DNA from: a virus
DNA: 64,000 bases
Direction: 5' to 3' (one strand)
Virus record (IMG/VR): IMGVR_UViG_3300008954_000007
Made by a program: the position numbers and the translations under genes. Below are positions 9,899 through 20,900 of the stretch, piece by piece. How positions within the stretch are numbered: position 1 is the first letter of the stretch; the number at the start of each line of letters is the position of its first letter. The notes beneath the pieces were generated by a model. The model was not told the DNA's origin, searched no databases, and saw only the letters and a list, made by a program, of their open reading frames with translations.

Positions 9899-12800
9899 AT
9901 GGCTGGAGCATCTATAGACATTGGCGTAGTAATGCATGGTTTTGGATTCGCTAATGAATCCTTGGGAATATTGCGCCAAAGTTTTGAAAGAGTTGCTGCA
10001 TCTACAGATAATTTAGAAGCTTCTGCTAAAAGATTTTCTGCTACACAAGGTAATATATCTAGATTATCCAGTAATTTAAGTAGTACATTACAAAATTCGA
10101 CTAGTACTATTCAGGATTTTAACGATAAGATAAATAAATCTGATCATTTTTTTGATAACTTAACTGAAGCTGTAGCTAGAGGAGAGCAGGAACAGGCTGA
10201 TTATGAGAGAACCTTAAGGGAAGTAAATAAATCTTTACTTGACTTAGGGGTGACATTTTCAACCATTGCTGGTACTCATTTAAGGGCATTAACTCAAGCA
10301 TTACTTCAATCTTCCATACAAATGGAACAGTTTCAATTAATGCTTAGAGCTACTGGTGGCAGTGCTGATATAGCTGCATCTCAGATGCAGAGGTTAATTA
10401 AAATGGCAGATGCTCCTGGGTTGGAATTCCAGGGGTTAGTTCAAGGGGTTGCTTCATTACAGGCTACAGGTGTTAGTGCAGAACTAGCTGAAAAATCTGT
10501 ATCTGAAATTGGTAATGCTTTAGCAGCAATAGGTGCTCCAGCATCAGAATTATCAGGAGTAGTAAGAGCCTTTAGTCAAATACAAGCTAAAGGTAGGGTA
10601 TATGCTGAAGAAGTTCAACAAATTGCTGAACGTATGCCTCAAATTAGAACTATATTACAGGATACTTTTGGTACAGGTAGAACAGAAGAAATCCAAAGAA
10701 TGGGTTTATCAGCCAATGAATTTTTAGAGTTATTGGTTGATGGTATGAGTAATTTGAGTCGTGTAGGAGAAACTACACAAAACACAATAAAGAATTTTAA
10801 TAATCAATTGTTCTTGCTAGGTTCAGAATTAGGAGAGGTAATTTTACCAGTATTTAGTGATTTAGTGAAGGGGTTAACTAATACTGTTAAGTGGTTTAGA
10901 GAATTACCCAAGGGAATTAAATCTACTATAGCATGGGTTACCTCTATTAGTGGAATTGTTCTTACATTTTCAGCTATTTTAGGAACTGTTGTAACGACAA
11001 TTGGATTTTTAATTCAGGGATTAAAACAATATTCAATTGCAAGTGCTACTGCTGCTGCAGCAGCAAATGTTCAAGCAGCAGCAGTAGGGGTTTTAAATTC
11101 ACAATTAGCTCTTCAAAATGCTTTATCAAGGGGGTCAAAAACGCCTATAATTGATTCACGTTTTGGTGATGTTTCTAAGGCTAATCAAGAACTGCAAAAG
11201 ATGCAAGGTAATTTGAATAAGGTTACAGCATCTACTACAGCAGTTAGTGTAGCAAGTGGATTTTGGTCTAAAATCATACCTATTTTAACTAAAGCTGCTA
11301 AGATATTTGGACTTTTTGCAGTAGTAGCAACTGTTGCATATACAGCTATATCTAAGATGCTAAAAATAACTAGAGATTCTTATCATTCTCTTAATGACTT
11401 GAGTAGGGGAATAGATTCTGTTGGGAATAAAACTTTTGATGTTTTAAACGCTCAATATAAAAAAGATGGGTTTTTAGATGCCATTAATAATAGGAATGAA
11501 GCCTTAAGAGAAGAATTAAAACTTTTAGACGAAACTAAAAATAAATCTTTTGGATCTATGAGGTTCAAAGGTTTAACTCAGGAATCTGAAGAAACTACAG
11601 AGTTATTTGAAGAAAAGTTAAGAAAAAGAGGAATAAGGTCAGAAATAGACTTGTCTACAGGACAAAGAAGATATCAGCAAAAAATCACTCCTACTTGGCA
11701 ATATTTAGGATCTAGGATTGCTTCTCCTATGGCAAGTGAGAATCCAATTATTGGTTTAAAGTGGTGGACTAATCTTTTTACTAAAAAGTTATTACAGCCT
11801 AAAGTTGATAAGCAACCAGATGGTTATTTAAAAGAGCAAGGACAGAATATTCTTAAAAACCAATATGACCAGGCAGATCAAGAATATGTGGATGCATTAA
11901 GAAATAAAGATCCAAATTTTAAAGCAATAGTTATAGAAGTTCCAGCACCTATTCTAACTTATGCAGAAGATACTGTAGGTGGGGGTAGAACTCATAAGTT
12001 TAAATTAGATACTATAAAAAAGTTTAGAGAAACCATGTCTGAAGGAATGGATATGGTAAATAGATTTGTTAAAGATGAGTTTGGAAAATCTAAATCATTT
12101 TTAAGTACAGATTTAAGTGGGGTAGATTTCAATGTTGATGTAGGTCTTTTAACTGTTGATCAAGCTAAATTGTTGGCAGAGTCTGTTCAAAAAAGCGTAA
12201 AACAAAGACAAGAAGTTTCTAAAAAATTAGGGGAAATAAAAGTTGATAGGCAAGGTGGGTTGGTTGACAACAGATCAATAGCTTTTTTAAGTACTTTAAG
12301 GGCTAATTTAGAAGAACGTGTTGTAGATGAAGAGGGTAATTTAGGTATTGTTTTTGTAGAAAGAGATAAAATAATAAAAGCTGTTGAAACTATAAAACAG
12401 CAAGCCAATAGACAGCAGGGAATTATAGCAGAGCTTTTTAGTAGTAGAAATGAATTTGGGGGTCTTGAAAAAGAGATTGAACACTCTATAAAAAACTCTG
12501 ACTTCCAAAAGGCATTTAAAGAACTCTTTAAGATAGAAAAAGCTACAGAAGATGATAATTCTTTATTAGGGTTTGTTTTTACATTTATTGAGAATATTGA
12601 TGGTAAGCAAGTGGTGCTTAGGAAATCTCCAGAAGAATTTTTACAATTATTAAATACAAAAATAGAACAGTTAGAGAGGTCTTCAAAACCTGAAGACCAA
12701 AGAAATAAACGTGGATTTATACAAGTTAGAAATAAAATTAATTTTTATATAGAAAAATTTCAACAAAGTTATTCTCAAAATGTTGAAGCCACCACTGCTT

Positions 12801-15800
12801 CACTTCTTCAAACTTTATTTATATTAGACTCATTAGGTTTAGATTGGGCAGAAAAAGCTGAAATGTTAGCTGCTGGAGCAGAAAAAAAGACTTCTCCAGA
12901 TTATATCACTAAAGCTGGACTTAGATTAAAAGATTTTATAGATGCTGTTGAACTACAGGTTGATCAATTAAACAATTCTTTTAATGTTACAGGTTTAAAA
13001 ATAGGTACTACAGAAGTACCTACTGTAGCAAGTTTACTTGAAAGTGGAGCTTCTTTTGATCAGATTGATTTAGCTAGAGAATTAGCGCAACAAGAGCAAG
13101 CTATTCAAACTAAGGAGTTAGAAGAGAAGGGTAAGATTGCGAAAGCTTTAGCTGAAATATTAAATGGTGCTAGACAAGATCCACTTTTAAGTCCTGTTGT
13201 TAGATATTTATCAGAAAGATTGTTCCCAAAAGATGTTCCTCAACTTAATTTAATGAATCAAGAGAATTTAAAAGCAGTTAGAGATGTATTAAAAGCATGG
13301 ACAGGTGGTCAATTTGTTACTAGTGATACAACTCCAGATAATATAAATACATATCAATCTAATCTTACTAAGTTGTTTGGAGATGATGGATTTGAATATA
13401 CAACAGATCAGTTTATAGATGATTTTTTTAAAAAACCTGAAGAAAAAGGTAAAGGTAGAGACATACCATTAGCTGGAACACTTATAAAAAGATTTGAAGC
13501 TGCCATAAATTTATTCCCTTATACACAGTTATTAAGATTAGATAATCAAAAGAAAAATATTTTTAAGGAAGGATTAAAAAAATCAGCGATTGAACTAGAA
13601 GAAGCTCAAGTAAGTTTTGATGAACAAAGAGCTAATGTGATGTTAATGGGTCATGCTGAAATTAGAAGAAATTTTGAAATAGATAAAGCTTTATCTGAAG
13701 AGATGAAGGATTATAGGCAACAACAGTTTTTAATATCTAAAGGTGCTGGAACAACTGTTCAGGATATAGATCCAAATAAGCTATCTAACACAGAAAGAAG
13801 AGAGTATGATTTAATAGAGAAGAAAGCAAGAATTGAGCAAAAACAGATTGCTGAGAAAAAAAGAAGATTTGAGATAGATGTTAAGAATGGCCTAGAGTTG
13901 GCAAGGATTGGTAGAGAAGAAGAAATATCTCAAGAGAAGAATAGACTCTATTATGAAGATGAAAGAAATAATTTAGAGATAATAGAGCATCAGAGAAATA
14001 AAATAATAGAAACCATTAAGTTAGAGATAGAAGAAAAAAGAGCATCATTACAATTATCCATTGCTACTATTCAAGCACAGTTGAATTCTTTGGATTTAAG
14101 CGTAGAGGATAGATTAGAAAAAGAAAGACAAATTGAAAATTTACAAAAACTATTTGTGCTCACAGGGCAAGAACTTAGGATTAGACTAAGTGGAGAAAGA
14201 ATTTCTTATCAACTTAAGTTAAGGGAGTTTGAACTAGAGGAGAAAAGATTAAAGCAAGCCATTAAGTTTAGAAATGAAACTGAAAAAATAAACACTATAT
14301 ATGAGGGAATGGATTCAGGAGAATTTGTTCCATTTCCAACATTAACAATACCTAAAATTAATTTTGATATTGATTCGTTTGATTCAAAATTATCATTGTG
14401 GTTTCGTCAAGATTTAAATAATCTTGACGAAGGATTAGATGAAGTCATAGAAAAAGAGAGAAAAGTTAAAACAACTATAGAGGGGTTGAACACACAAGAA
14501 ATACAGAAATCAGTATTAAAGATATCCCAAAGTGCACAGGATGGTATAGATAAAGTTCTTAACAGAGATAATTTAGTCAATTTCTTAGTGGATTTAATAC
14601 CAGTTAGTAGCATACATCCTGAAAGATCTATGGAGAAAGTTTGGCAAAATATGGTGGATAATTTCAAAAAAACAACTTTGAAAAGTATTGGTGATGAAAC
14701 TAATACTTTCGCATCTATAAGTGATTTAGTAGATTATACTTTCAGCAATAAAGATAGAAAATATATAGATAATTATGTGGCTGAATTATTATCATTTGTA
14801 GAGCAAGCAGGTGAAAGTTTTAATGTTAAACCTGATGCAACCAAATTTGTATCTAAAGGAATCAAAAGTAAATTAGACAATTTATTTAATCTTAACAACA
14901 TTTACTCACAAAATGTAGATCTGAAAGATTTTATAAGTGGAAAACCAATAAAAAATAGTGTTCCTACTGATGGTTTAAGAAGTGCTTTAATCTATGCCCT
15001 ATCCATTTCATTGGAAGACTTAGATTTACCAAGTGAAAGAGATTTGTCCAAATACGCTGGAGTTACTTCTACTAGTTCTGAAGATTATGTAGAAAGTTAC
15101 AGAAAAAAACTTGAACCAGTTGTAGATCAACTAATCCCATATATTCAACAATCCCTTGGTGGAATAAATATTAATGACATTTTAGCTTCAACATTACAAG
15201 GAATGTCCAGCTTAGAAACAGCGATATCTAATGTTAACCAAAAATTTAAAAAAATAAAAATTGACGATAAACAAAGAGAATTTGATGATTTTCATACTAC
15301 GTTGACAAAAATAACAGATAGTTCAACTGGATTAGAATTTATGAAAAACTATTCTACACCTGTTAAAAAACAACTATCTGATGCTATTGATGATCCTTCA
15401 TATACTGATGTTAAGGTAGAACTTGTAGAAATAAAAAAAGAGCTAGATTCTATACACGATAGAGTTGTAAATATAGCAGATGTTAAACTTAATGAAGATT
15501 GGAAAACTACAATATCAAATTATAATAAAAATTTAGAATCACATTTAAACTCTATATTAAAAGCTCCAAGTAGAGAAACATTTTATTCTGCAGAAGATGG
15601 TGTGGAAAGAAGTTTATTAAATTTAAGAGCAGAATATAACAATACTTTTGCAAATTTACAAATGGACTATGATGATGCTATATCTGCAGGAGATGATTCA
15701 GCTAAAAAACGTGCTATCTATAATTTAGAGCAAGCTAAACAACAGTTTTCTTCTGGAATATCTTCATTAAAATCTCAAACCAATCAAGCTAATTTGCAAT

Positions 15801-17473
15801 TTGAGCAAACTTTTAATGAACAGCAAATTAGAATAAACAATATAAATGAGATGAAAAGTCGTAGTGACTATACATCGTTGTTTGATTTTAAACAAAGAAT
15901 TGACCTAGAAGACAGAGCATTAAAAGATAGTTATAGACTTCAAATTCAACTACTAGAAGAAAAAGCAAAAAAACAAAAAGGAAATGAGACTGAACTATTA
16001 GCAATATCTCAACAAAGAACATTATTAGAACAACAATTACAGGCTGATTTAATTAGGGCATATAGAAATCATTGGAAAGAAACAATAACTATTGCTAAAG
16101 ATGGGTTTGTCTCTTTATGGGATAATGCTAAGTCCTATAAAGAGAGTAGAGAAGATGAACTGGACGATTATAAAGATAAAATAGAAGATATTAATAAAGA
16201 TTTGAATGATTCCTTAAGTGATTTGGCTAGTGATTCTAATAAAACATTTAGGGAAAAAGAAGAAGAAAGACTTAAAATTGCTAAAGATTATAGTAAGAGA
16301 AGAGAAGATATAGAAAAAGAACATAATGACACAATGAAAGATCTGAGGAATGAGTTTTGGAAAGATCTTTTATCGTCTGCTAGAAGAAATATTTCAGAAC
16401 GTTTAGCAAATAAAACTATAGATTGGACTATAGAGAAATTTACTTTCAATGATAAAGAAAGTATTGATAAATTATTTGAAGGTATAGAAAGACAAAAACT
16501 TCCAGGTGAATTACAACAACAATATGACGAATTAGTAGAAAGTAGAAAGTCAATTGCTGATACATTTGAAAATTCAGGTGGAATTTTTGAATCACTTAAG
16601 AGAAATTTTTTCTCTAGCGAAGATTCTACAGTTGAAAATGGAAATGAAACAACAGCAAATGAAAAAACAGTTGAAAAACAAACTAAGAACTTTGTAGAGG
16701 CTGTAAGTAATCTTAAGACATCTAGTGTTAACACTATGCATGTTGCCACTATGTCTGTGAAAAATATAGAAGGATTGGTTGGTAATAACCAAAGAACTCA
16801 AAAGATAGAAGACGAATCAAAATTAATAAATAGTCTACCACCTACTGCAGAACCAATATTGCCAACAACTGATGTTCCAACTATAAATAATGGTTCTAAT
16901 AATGATTCCTCTAGTGAAGAAACAAAGACAGAAAGCACTTCAGGTCGTTTAGCTGATGCTTTTAAGCATATGAACCCTGCAGAGGCTAATCCATATGCTT
17001 TAATGGCAATGCATCTTGGAACCACTTATGCTAGTGATAGGATGTTAGAGAAACAAGAAACTACTAAAGAAAGAGAAAAATATGCCAAATTACAGTTTGC
17101 AGCAGGTGCAACACTTGCCACTATAGGATCAGCATTAGCATTTTTTGATCCCACTAAAAAAATTGCACCATATTTAGTAGGTCAGGGTCTTAGTATGTCA
17201 ACTAACAGCATGAAAGAAACAGGATGGTTTGATACCAGGGATAATGATATTATCTTACAGAGTATGGCAAGAAGGGCAGGACATACTCAACGTTCAGCAG
17301 AAGATATGTCTAGGTTAGTTGTAGATGGATTTAAAGAAGGTTATGAACAGCAACAAGATGGTTCTGGTAATGTTGAAGTTAATGTTTCAGGTCACTTTGA
17401 ATTAGGTCAAAGGGAACTTCAATATATAGCAGATGAAACTCACATAATGAGAAAAAGAGGGGTCATAGGATAA
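9899..17473 (+). CDS. Tape measure protein
   Basis: 2524 aa, helical and coiled-coil, tape-measure motif AFSQIQAKGRVYAEEVQQIAERMP, hydrophobic segments. Confidence 0.92.
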   Translation: MAGASIDIGVVMHGFGFANESLGILRQSFERVAASTDNLEASAKRFSATQGNISRLSSNLSSTLQNSTSTIQDFNDKINKSDHFFDNLTEAVARGEQEQADYERTLREVNKSLLDLGVTFSTIAGTHLRALTQALLQSSIQMEQFQLMLRATGGSADIAASQMQRLIKMADAPGLEFQGLVQGVASLQATGVSAELAEKSVSEIGNALAAIGAPASELSGVVRAFSQIQAKGRVYAEEVQQIAERMPQIRTILQDTFGTGRTEEIQRMGLSANEFLELLVDGMSNLSRVGETTQNTIKNFNNQLFLLGSELGEVILPVFSDLVKGLTNTVKWFRELPKGIKSTIAWVTSISGIVLTFSAILGTVVTTIGFLIQGLKQYSIASATAAAAANVQAAAVGVLNSQLALQNALSRGSKTPIIDSRFGDVSKANQELQKMQGNLNKVTASTTAVSVASGFWSKIIPILTKAAKIFGLFAVVATVAYTAISKMLKITRDSYHSLNDLSRGIDSVGNKTFDVLNAQYKKDGFLDAINNRNEALREELKLLDETKNKSFGSMRFKGLTQESEETTELFEEKLRKRGIRSEIDLSTGQRRYQQKITPTWQYLGSRIASPMASENPIIGLKWWTNLFTKKLLQPKVDKQPDGYLKEQGQNILKNQYDQADQEYVDALRNKDPNFKAIVIEVPAPILTYAEDTVGGGRTHKFKLDTIKKFRETMSEGMDMVNRFVKDEFGKSKSFLSTDLSGVDFNVDVGLLTVDQAKLLAESVQKSVKQRQEVSKKLGEIKVDRQGGLVDNRSIAFLSTLRANLEERVVDEEGNLGIVFVERDKIIKAVETIKQQANRQQGIIAELFSSRNEFGGLEKEIEHSIKNSDFQKAFKELFKIEKATEDDNSLLGFVFTFIENIDGKQVVLRKSPEEFLQLLNTKIEQLERSSKPEDQRNKRGFIQVRNKINFYIEKFQQSYSQNVEATTASLLQTLFILDSLGLDWAEKAEMLAAGAEKKTSPDYITKAGLRLKDFIDAVELQVDQLNNSFNVTGLKIGTTEVPTVASLLESGASFDQIDLARELAQQEQAIQTKELEEKGKIAKALAEILNGARQDPLLSPVVRYLSERLFPKDVPQLNLMNQENLKAVRDVLKAWTGGQFVTSDTTPDNINTYQSNLTKLFGDDGFEYTTDQFIDDFFKKPEEKGKGRDIPLAGTLIKRFEAAINLFPYTQLLRLDNQKKNIFKEGLKKSAIELEEAQVSFDEQRANVMLMGHAEIRRNFEIDKALSEEMKDYRQQQFLISKGAGTTVQDIDPNKLSNTERREYDLIEKKARIEQKQIAEKKRRFEIDVKNGLELARIGREEEISQEKNRLYYEDERNNLEIIEHQRNKIIETIKLEIEEKRASLQLSIATIQAQLNSLDLSVEDRLEKERQIENLQKLFVLTGQELRIRLSGERISYQLKLREFELEEKRLKQAIKFRNETEKINTIYEGMDSGEFVPFPTLTIPKINFDIDSFDSKLSLWFRQDLNNLDEGLDEVIEKERKVKTTIEGLNTQEIQKSVLKISQSAQDGIDKVLNRDNLVNFLVDLIPVSSIHPERSMEKVWQNMVDNFKKTTLKSIGDETNTFASISDLVDYTFSNKDRKYIDNYVAELLSFVEQAGESFNVKPDATKFVSKGIKSKLDNLFNLNNIYSQNVDLKDFISGKPIKNSVPTDGLRSALIYALSISLEDLDLPSERDLSKYAGVTSTSSEDYVESYRKKLEPVVDQLIPYIQQSLGGININDILASTLQGMSSLETAISNVNQKFKKIKIDDKQREFDDFHTTLTKITDSSTGLEFMKNYSTPVKKQLSDAIDDPSYTDVKVELVEIKKELDSIHDRVVNIADVKLNEDWKTTISNYNKNLESHLNSILKAPSRETFYSAEDGVERSLLNLRAEYNNTFANLQMDYDDAISAGDDSAKKRAIYNLEQAKQQFSSGISSLKSQTNQANLQFEQTFNEQQIRINNINEMKSRSDYTSLFDFKQRIDLEDRALKDSYRLQIQLLEEKAKKQKGNETELLAISQQRTLLEQQLQADLIRAYRNHWKETITIAKDGFVSLWDNAKSYKESREDELDDYKDKIEDINKDLNDSLSDLASDSNKTFREKEEERLKIAKDYSKRREDIEKEHNDTMKDLRNEFWKDLLSSARRNISERLANKTIDWTIEKFTFNDKESIDKLFEGIERQKLPGELQQQYDELVESRKSIADTFENSGGIFESLKRNFFSSEDSTVENGNETTANEKTVEKQTKNFVEAVSNLKTSSVNTMHVATMSVKNIEGLVGNNQRTQKIEDESKLINSLPPTAEPILPTTDVPTINNGSNNDSSSEETKTESTSGRLADAFKHMNPAEANPYALMAMHLGTTYASDRMLEKQETTKEREKYAKLQFAAGATLATIGSALAFFDPTKKIAPYLVGQGLSMSTNSMKETGWFDTRDNDIILQSMARRAGHTQRSAEDMSRLVVDGFKEGYEQQQDGSGNVEVNVSGHFELGQRELQYIADETHIMRKRGVIG

Positions 17474-17670
17474 TGAATTTAGGGAAACTAGCAGACAGAT
17501 TGTCAGATGTGGTCATAGATAAAGTCTCTGAAGAGGGAGAAGACCTGGTAGATAAGATCATCAATAAATTAATGGATGAGAGTGATGAGTTTTTAGATTT
17601 GATTGTTGATAGAATAATAGATAAAATAATAGAGTCTTTAGGTAAATCTAGTAGTGGAGACTCAGTATGA
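17473..17670 (+). CDS. Small acidic helical hypothetical protein
   Basis: Translationally coupled at both ends. Confidence 0.6.
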   Translation: MNLGKLADRLSDVVIDKVSEEGEDLVDKIINKLMDESDEFLDLIVDRIIDKIIESLGKSSSGDSV

Positions 17671-17915
17671 TGAATGATCTAGACGACTTAAAGCTATCAA
17701 TGGTCGAAGTTAAGACAGAAATGAAGGTAGCTTTTAAGATCTTAAATGAACTTAAGAATACTGCAGAAGAAATTAAAGACAATCATTTATTTCACATGAA
17801 TACAGCAATTCAAGAACTTCAAACCAAAATGAGAATTATTGGAGCACTTTCTATTGGATCAGTTGGAATTATAGCTACACTTCTTGGTGTCATTTTAACA
17901 AAGATTTGGAAATAG
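17667..17915 (+). CDS. Coiled-coil plus C-terminal TM protein (XhlA/holin-like)
   Basis: Heptad N-half, hydrophobic C-terminal helix. Confidence 0.5.
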   Translation: MMNDLDDLKLSMVEVKTEMKVAFKILNELKNTAEEIKDNHLFHMNTAIQELQTKMRIIGALSIGSVGIIATLLGVILTKIWK

Positions 17916-17939
17916 CAATTATATTATTTTGAATTGCAC

Positions 17940-17971
17940 AAGCCCTTAAGATTTATTTTAAGGGCTTTTTT
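17940..17971 (+). terminator. Intrinsic terminator
   Basis: aagcccttaa/ttaagggctt followed by Ts. Confidence 0.75.
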
Positions 17972-17974
17972 ATT

Positions 17975-20900
17975 ATGAATCATATAATTTTCTCTAAAAA
18001 GAACTTAGTTCCCTATACATATGCTTTCCTTAAGCCTGGTATAAGGTTTTCCCCATCCTATAAGTCTTCTACTTTTGTTAATTATATTAAGTTTAGTAGA
18101 TCTGATAATCCTACAAAGAAAAATTATAGAGTTACTGTCAATAGTATAGTTGAAGAAGACAATAAATGTTTTGTGAAGATAGAGTCTAAAAACTATCATG
18201 AAGAAGATAATACATATAGTGATCTACAGGGAAATTATGAATTAACATTAGACACAATTACAAAAGTATCTCCAGATGATGCAGAAAATATTTATCCTCA
18301 AATTGAATTTAAAAATTTGGATTTAACCATTGGTGATGAATGGATATTCTGCGATATAGAAGATTATGATCTCACAGATTATTTGGTTAGTTGTAGTTCA
18401 ATTAATTTTCAAGGTAGTGGGAACATAGATCAATATACATATTTAGGGAATTCTTTATCTTTAGAGGTTTTAAAAAGTAGAAATAAAGATCGTTTGTTTG
18501 AACCAGGATATGAAAAAAATATTTTTAAATTATGGAATTATGAGTATCTAGGATATTTATCTGTTTTTGAGATACAAACAGGATTTAAAGAAGAAGATAA
18601 AGAAGTCTTAACATCCAGTTTTTCAGGTTATTTGGAAGAAATAAGTGAGAGATCTAATACAGTTAGTATTACACTTGGTGATGGGATTTATCTCACTAAG
18701 GAATTATATGCACATAATGTGGGAATTGTTATTAAGAGAAGAGATTTAAGACAATTAGGTAGAACTTCTCAATTACTTAAAGAGAACGATATGGACGAAG
18801 TGGGTGAAATTTTTAATAACATATATAACCCACCAAATGAAATTAATTTTGAAACTTTTTATAAACCTATAGTTAAAGACTACAATAATCAAAAATTAGA
18901 GATAGAGTATAAAACAGAAAATAACAAAATAAAAGATTATAAGATTGTAGAAATTAAGGATTATATAAATAGAGTTGGAGATTTAGAGTCTACTAATGCA
19001 TTGTTAGATCATGATAATGGAATTATAGAGTTTGAAGAAGCACCTTTAGATTCTGAATATGATGATATTTATTTCACATTTAAACATGCACATATGTGGA
19101 AACATCCTTCTTTTTTAGCACAGGAGTTATTTAAATCTATTGGATATGATACTAATGATGAAGATTTCAATCAAGAGCCTATTTTATCCAATAAAGGTTT
19201 AGTCTTTAACAATCAGGGTAGAGTCTTAACAAGCAGTGAAGATAGAAGTTCTGAAATAAACTATTCAATAGGATATAGGGAAGGTTTATTTTATTTTGCT
19301 GTGGGTAATAGAATAGTTATAAAAGATGAAAATCAAGGTAGTGAAACTATACTTAATGACATTTATACAGATGTTGGAACTGCAATAGGTGAATGGTGTG
19401 TTTATAAGATTCTTGTAAAAGATAATGATTTAGTTTTCTTCATTTCTAAACAACACCTAATCAAAAGAGATAATCAAGCAGTTTTATATCCAGACCAAAG
19501 ATATGGGAGTAAAGTAAAAGTATATAGATTAAAACTAGATAATGATGGTTATCCATTAGTTACGAATGGTTCTATAAGTTTAATTAAGATTTTTGAAACT
19601 CCATCTGATTCTTCACAAACCATGTCTTTAGATTTTGGAAACAACTATAAATCAAAGATTACCATTGAGTATGGATACACTCTAATGGGAACCCCTGAGA
19701 ATAAAGATTATTCTAATAAAGCATTTATCTATAATAGTCATGTTTATTTTATTTTTCAAGTGAAGATGTTAATGGTGGATGCTAATCCTAATAGTGAAGG
19801 AAAAATTAAGGCTATAGTTGAAACTGTTAAAAATAGGAAGCTTGCTTCAAAAGATAAATATGAAAATATATATTACCCCAAAGTAAAAAATTTTTTGGTA
19901 CGTATACATGTTGATGGGGAGTTTTCAACCACAACATCTAATGAACTATCTACAAATTCTGATAGTAATTATCTGTCTATTCCTAACATTGATACCATTA
20001 ATTCAAATGATATTGTAATTGTTACAGATTCTGATACTAGTGGCTTCAATGGTGTTTGGGAAAATATAGGGGGAAATGATTTTTCTCAAGCTGATGGATA
20101 TTTTGAGAATTTTAATTGGGGTGGTGATGATATGTGGAGATTAATAAACCCTGAACATGACGTGCCATTTTTCCCCAAATTAAAAACTTTAACATTAAGT
20201 GATGGTACTGGAGTTATAACTAACTTGAGTACTTATAATGCTGTAGAGTTGAAGACTCATGATTCTCCATTTACTTGGCATAAAGATATGGAGAAGTCAT
20301 TAGAAAAATGGGCAGAGGACTTTAAATCACTAGAAGAAGAGGAAAACACTAATGAAGATGTTAAATTAGATGATTCTTTTTCTATGTGGGGTAGATTACC
20401 ACAAGCTAGATGTGATTTTTTTGTAACAGAAGATGGTGAAGTATATTCTGTTCAAACAGAAGGTGATGGGGGTGCACATTTTTTAAAAACACCAATGAAT
20501 CGAATAGGTGTAGGTGGGAATAATGAATCAGCATTAGGTAATGGAAGTGATGAAGGAAAAATAAAAATATACAAACATAATATTGATCTTTCAGGTTTAC
20601 CTGAACTTCAGAGAGAAGTAGACTTTAATGATATTGGGCCTCATTTTTTTGATGAAACATCAAGTACTCATATTAATCCTAAATATAATCAGGAGTTTTA
20701 TCAATATTGTAATGAATTAGTTCCTTTTGATATTTGGGGTCTTTGTGTATTAAAAGACGACGATAATTATACATTTTCTTTTTGTTCTCATTGGAGAATG
20801 AGAATTTTTCGTAGTGAAACTAGATTTAGAGATTTTAAGGCTATTGTTTTTAATGTCAATAATAAGTGGGTTCATCAACAAGATGGTGGTGGATTACAAA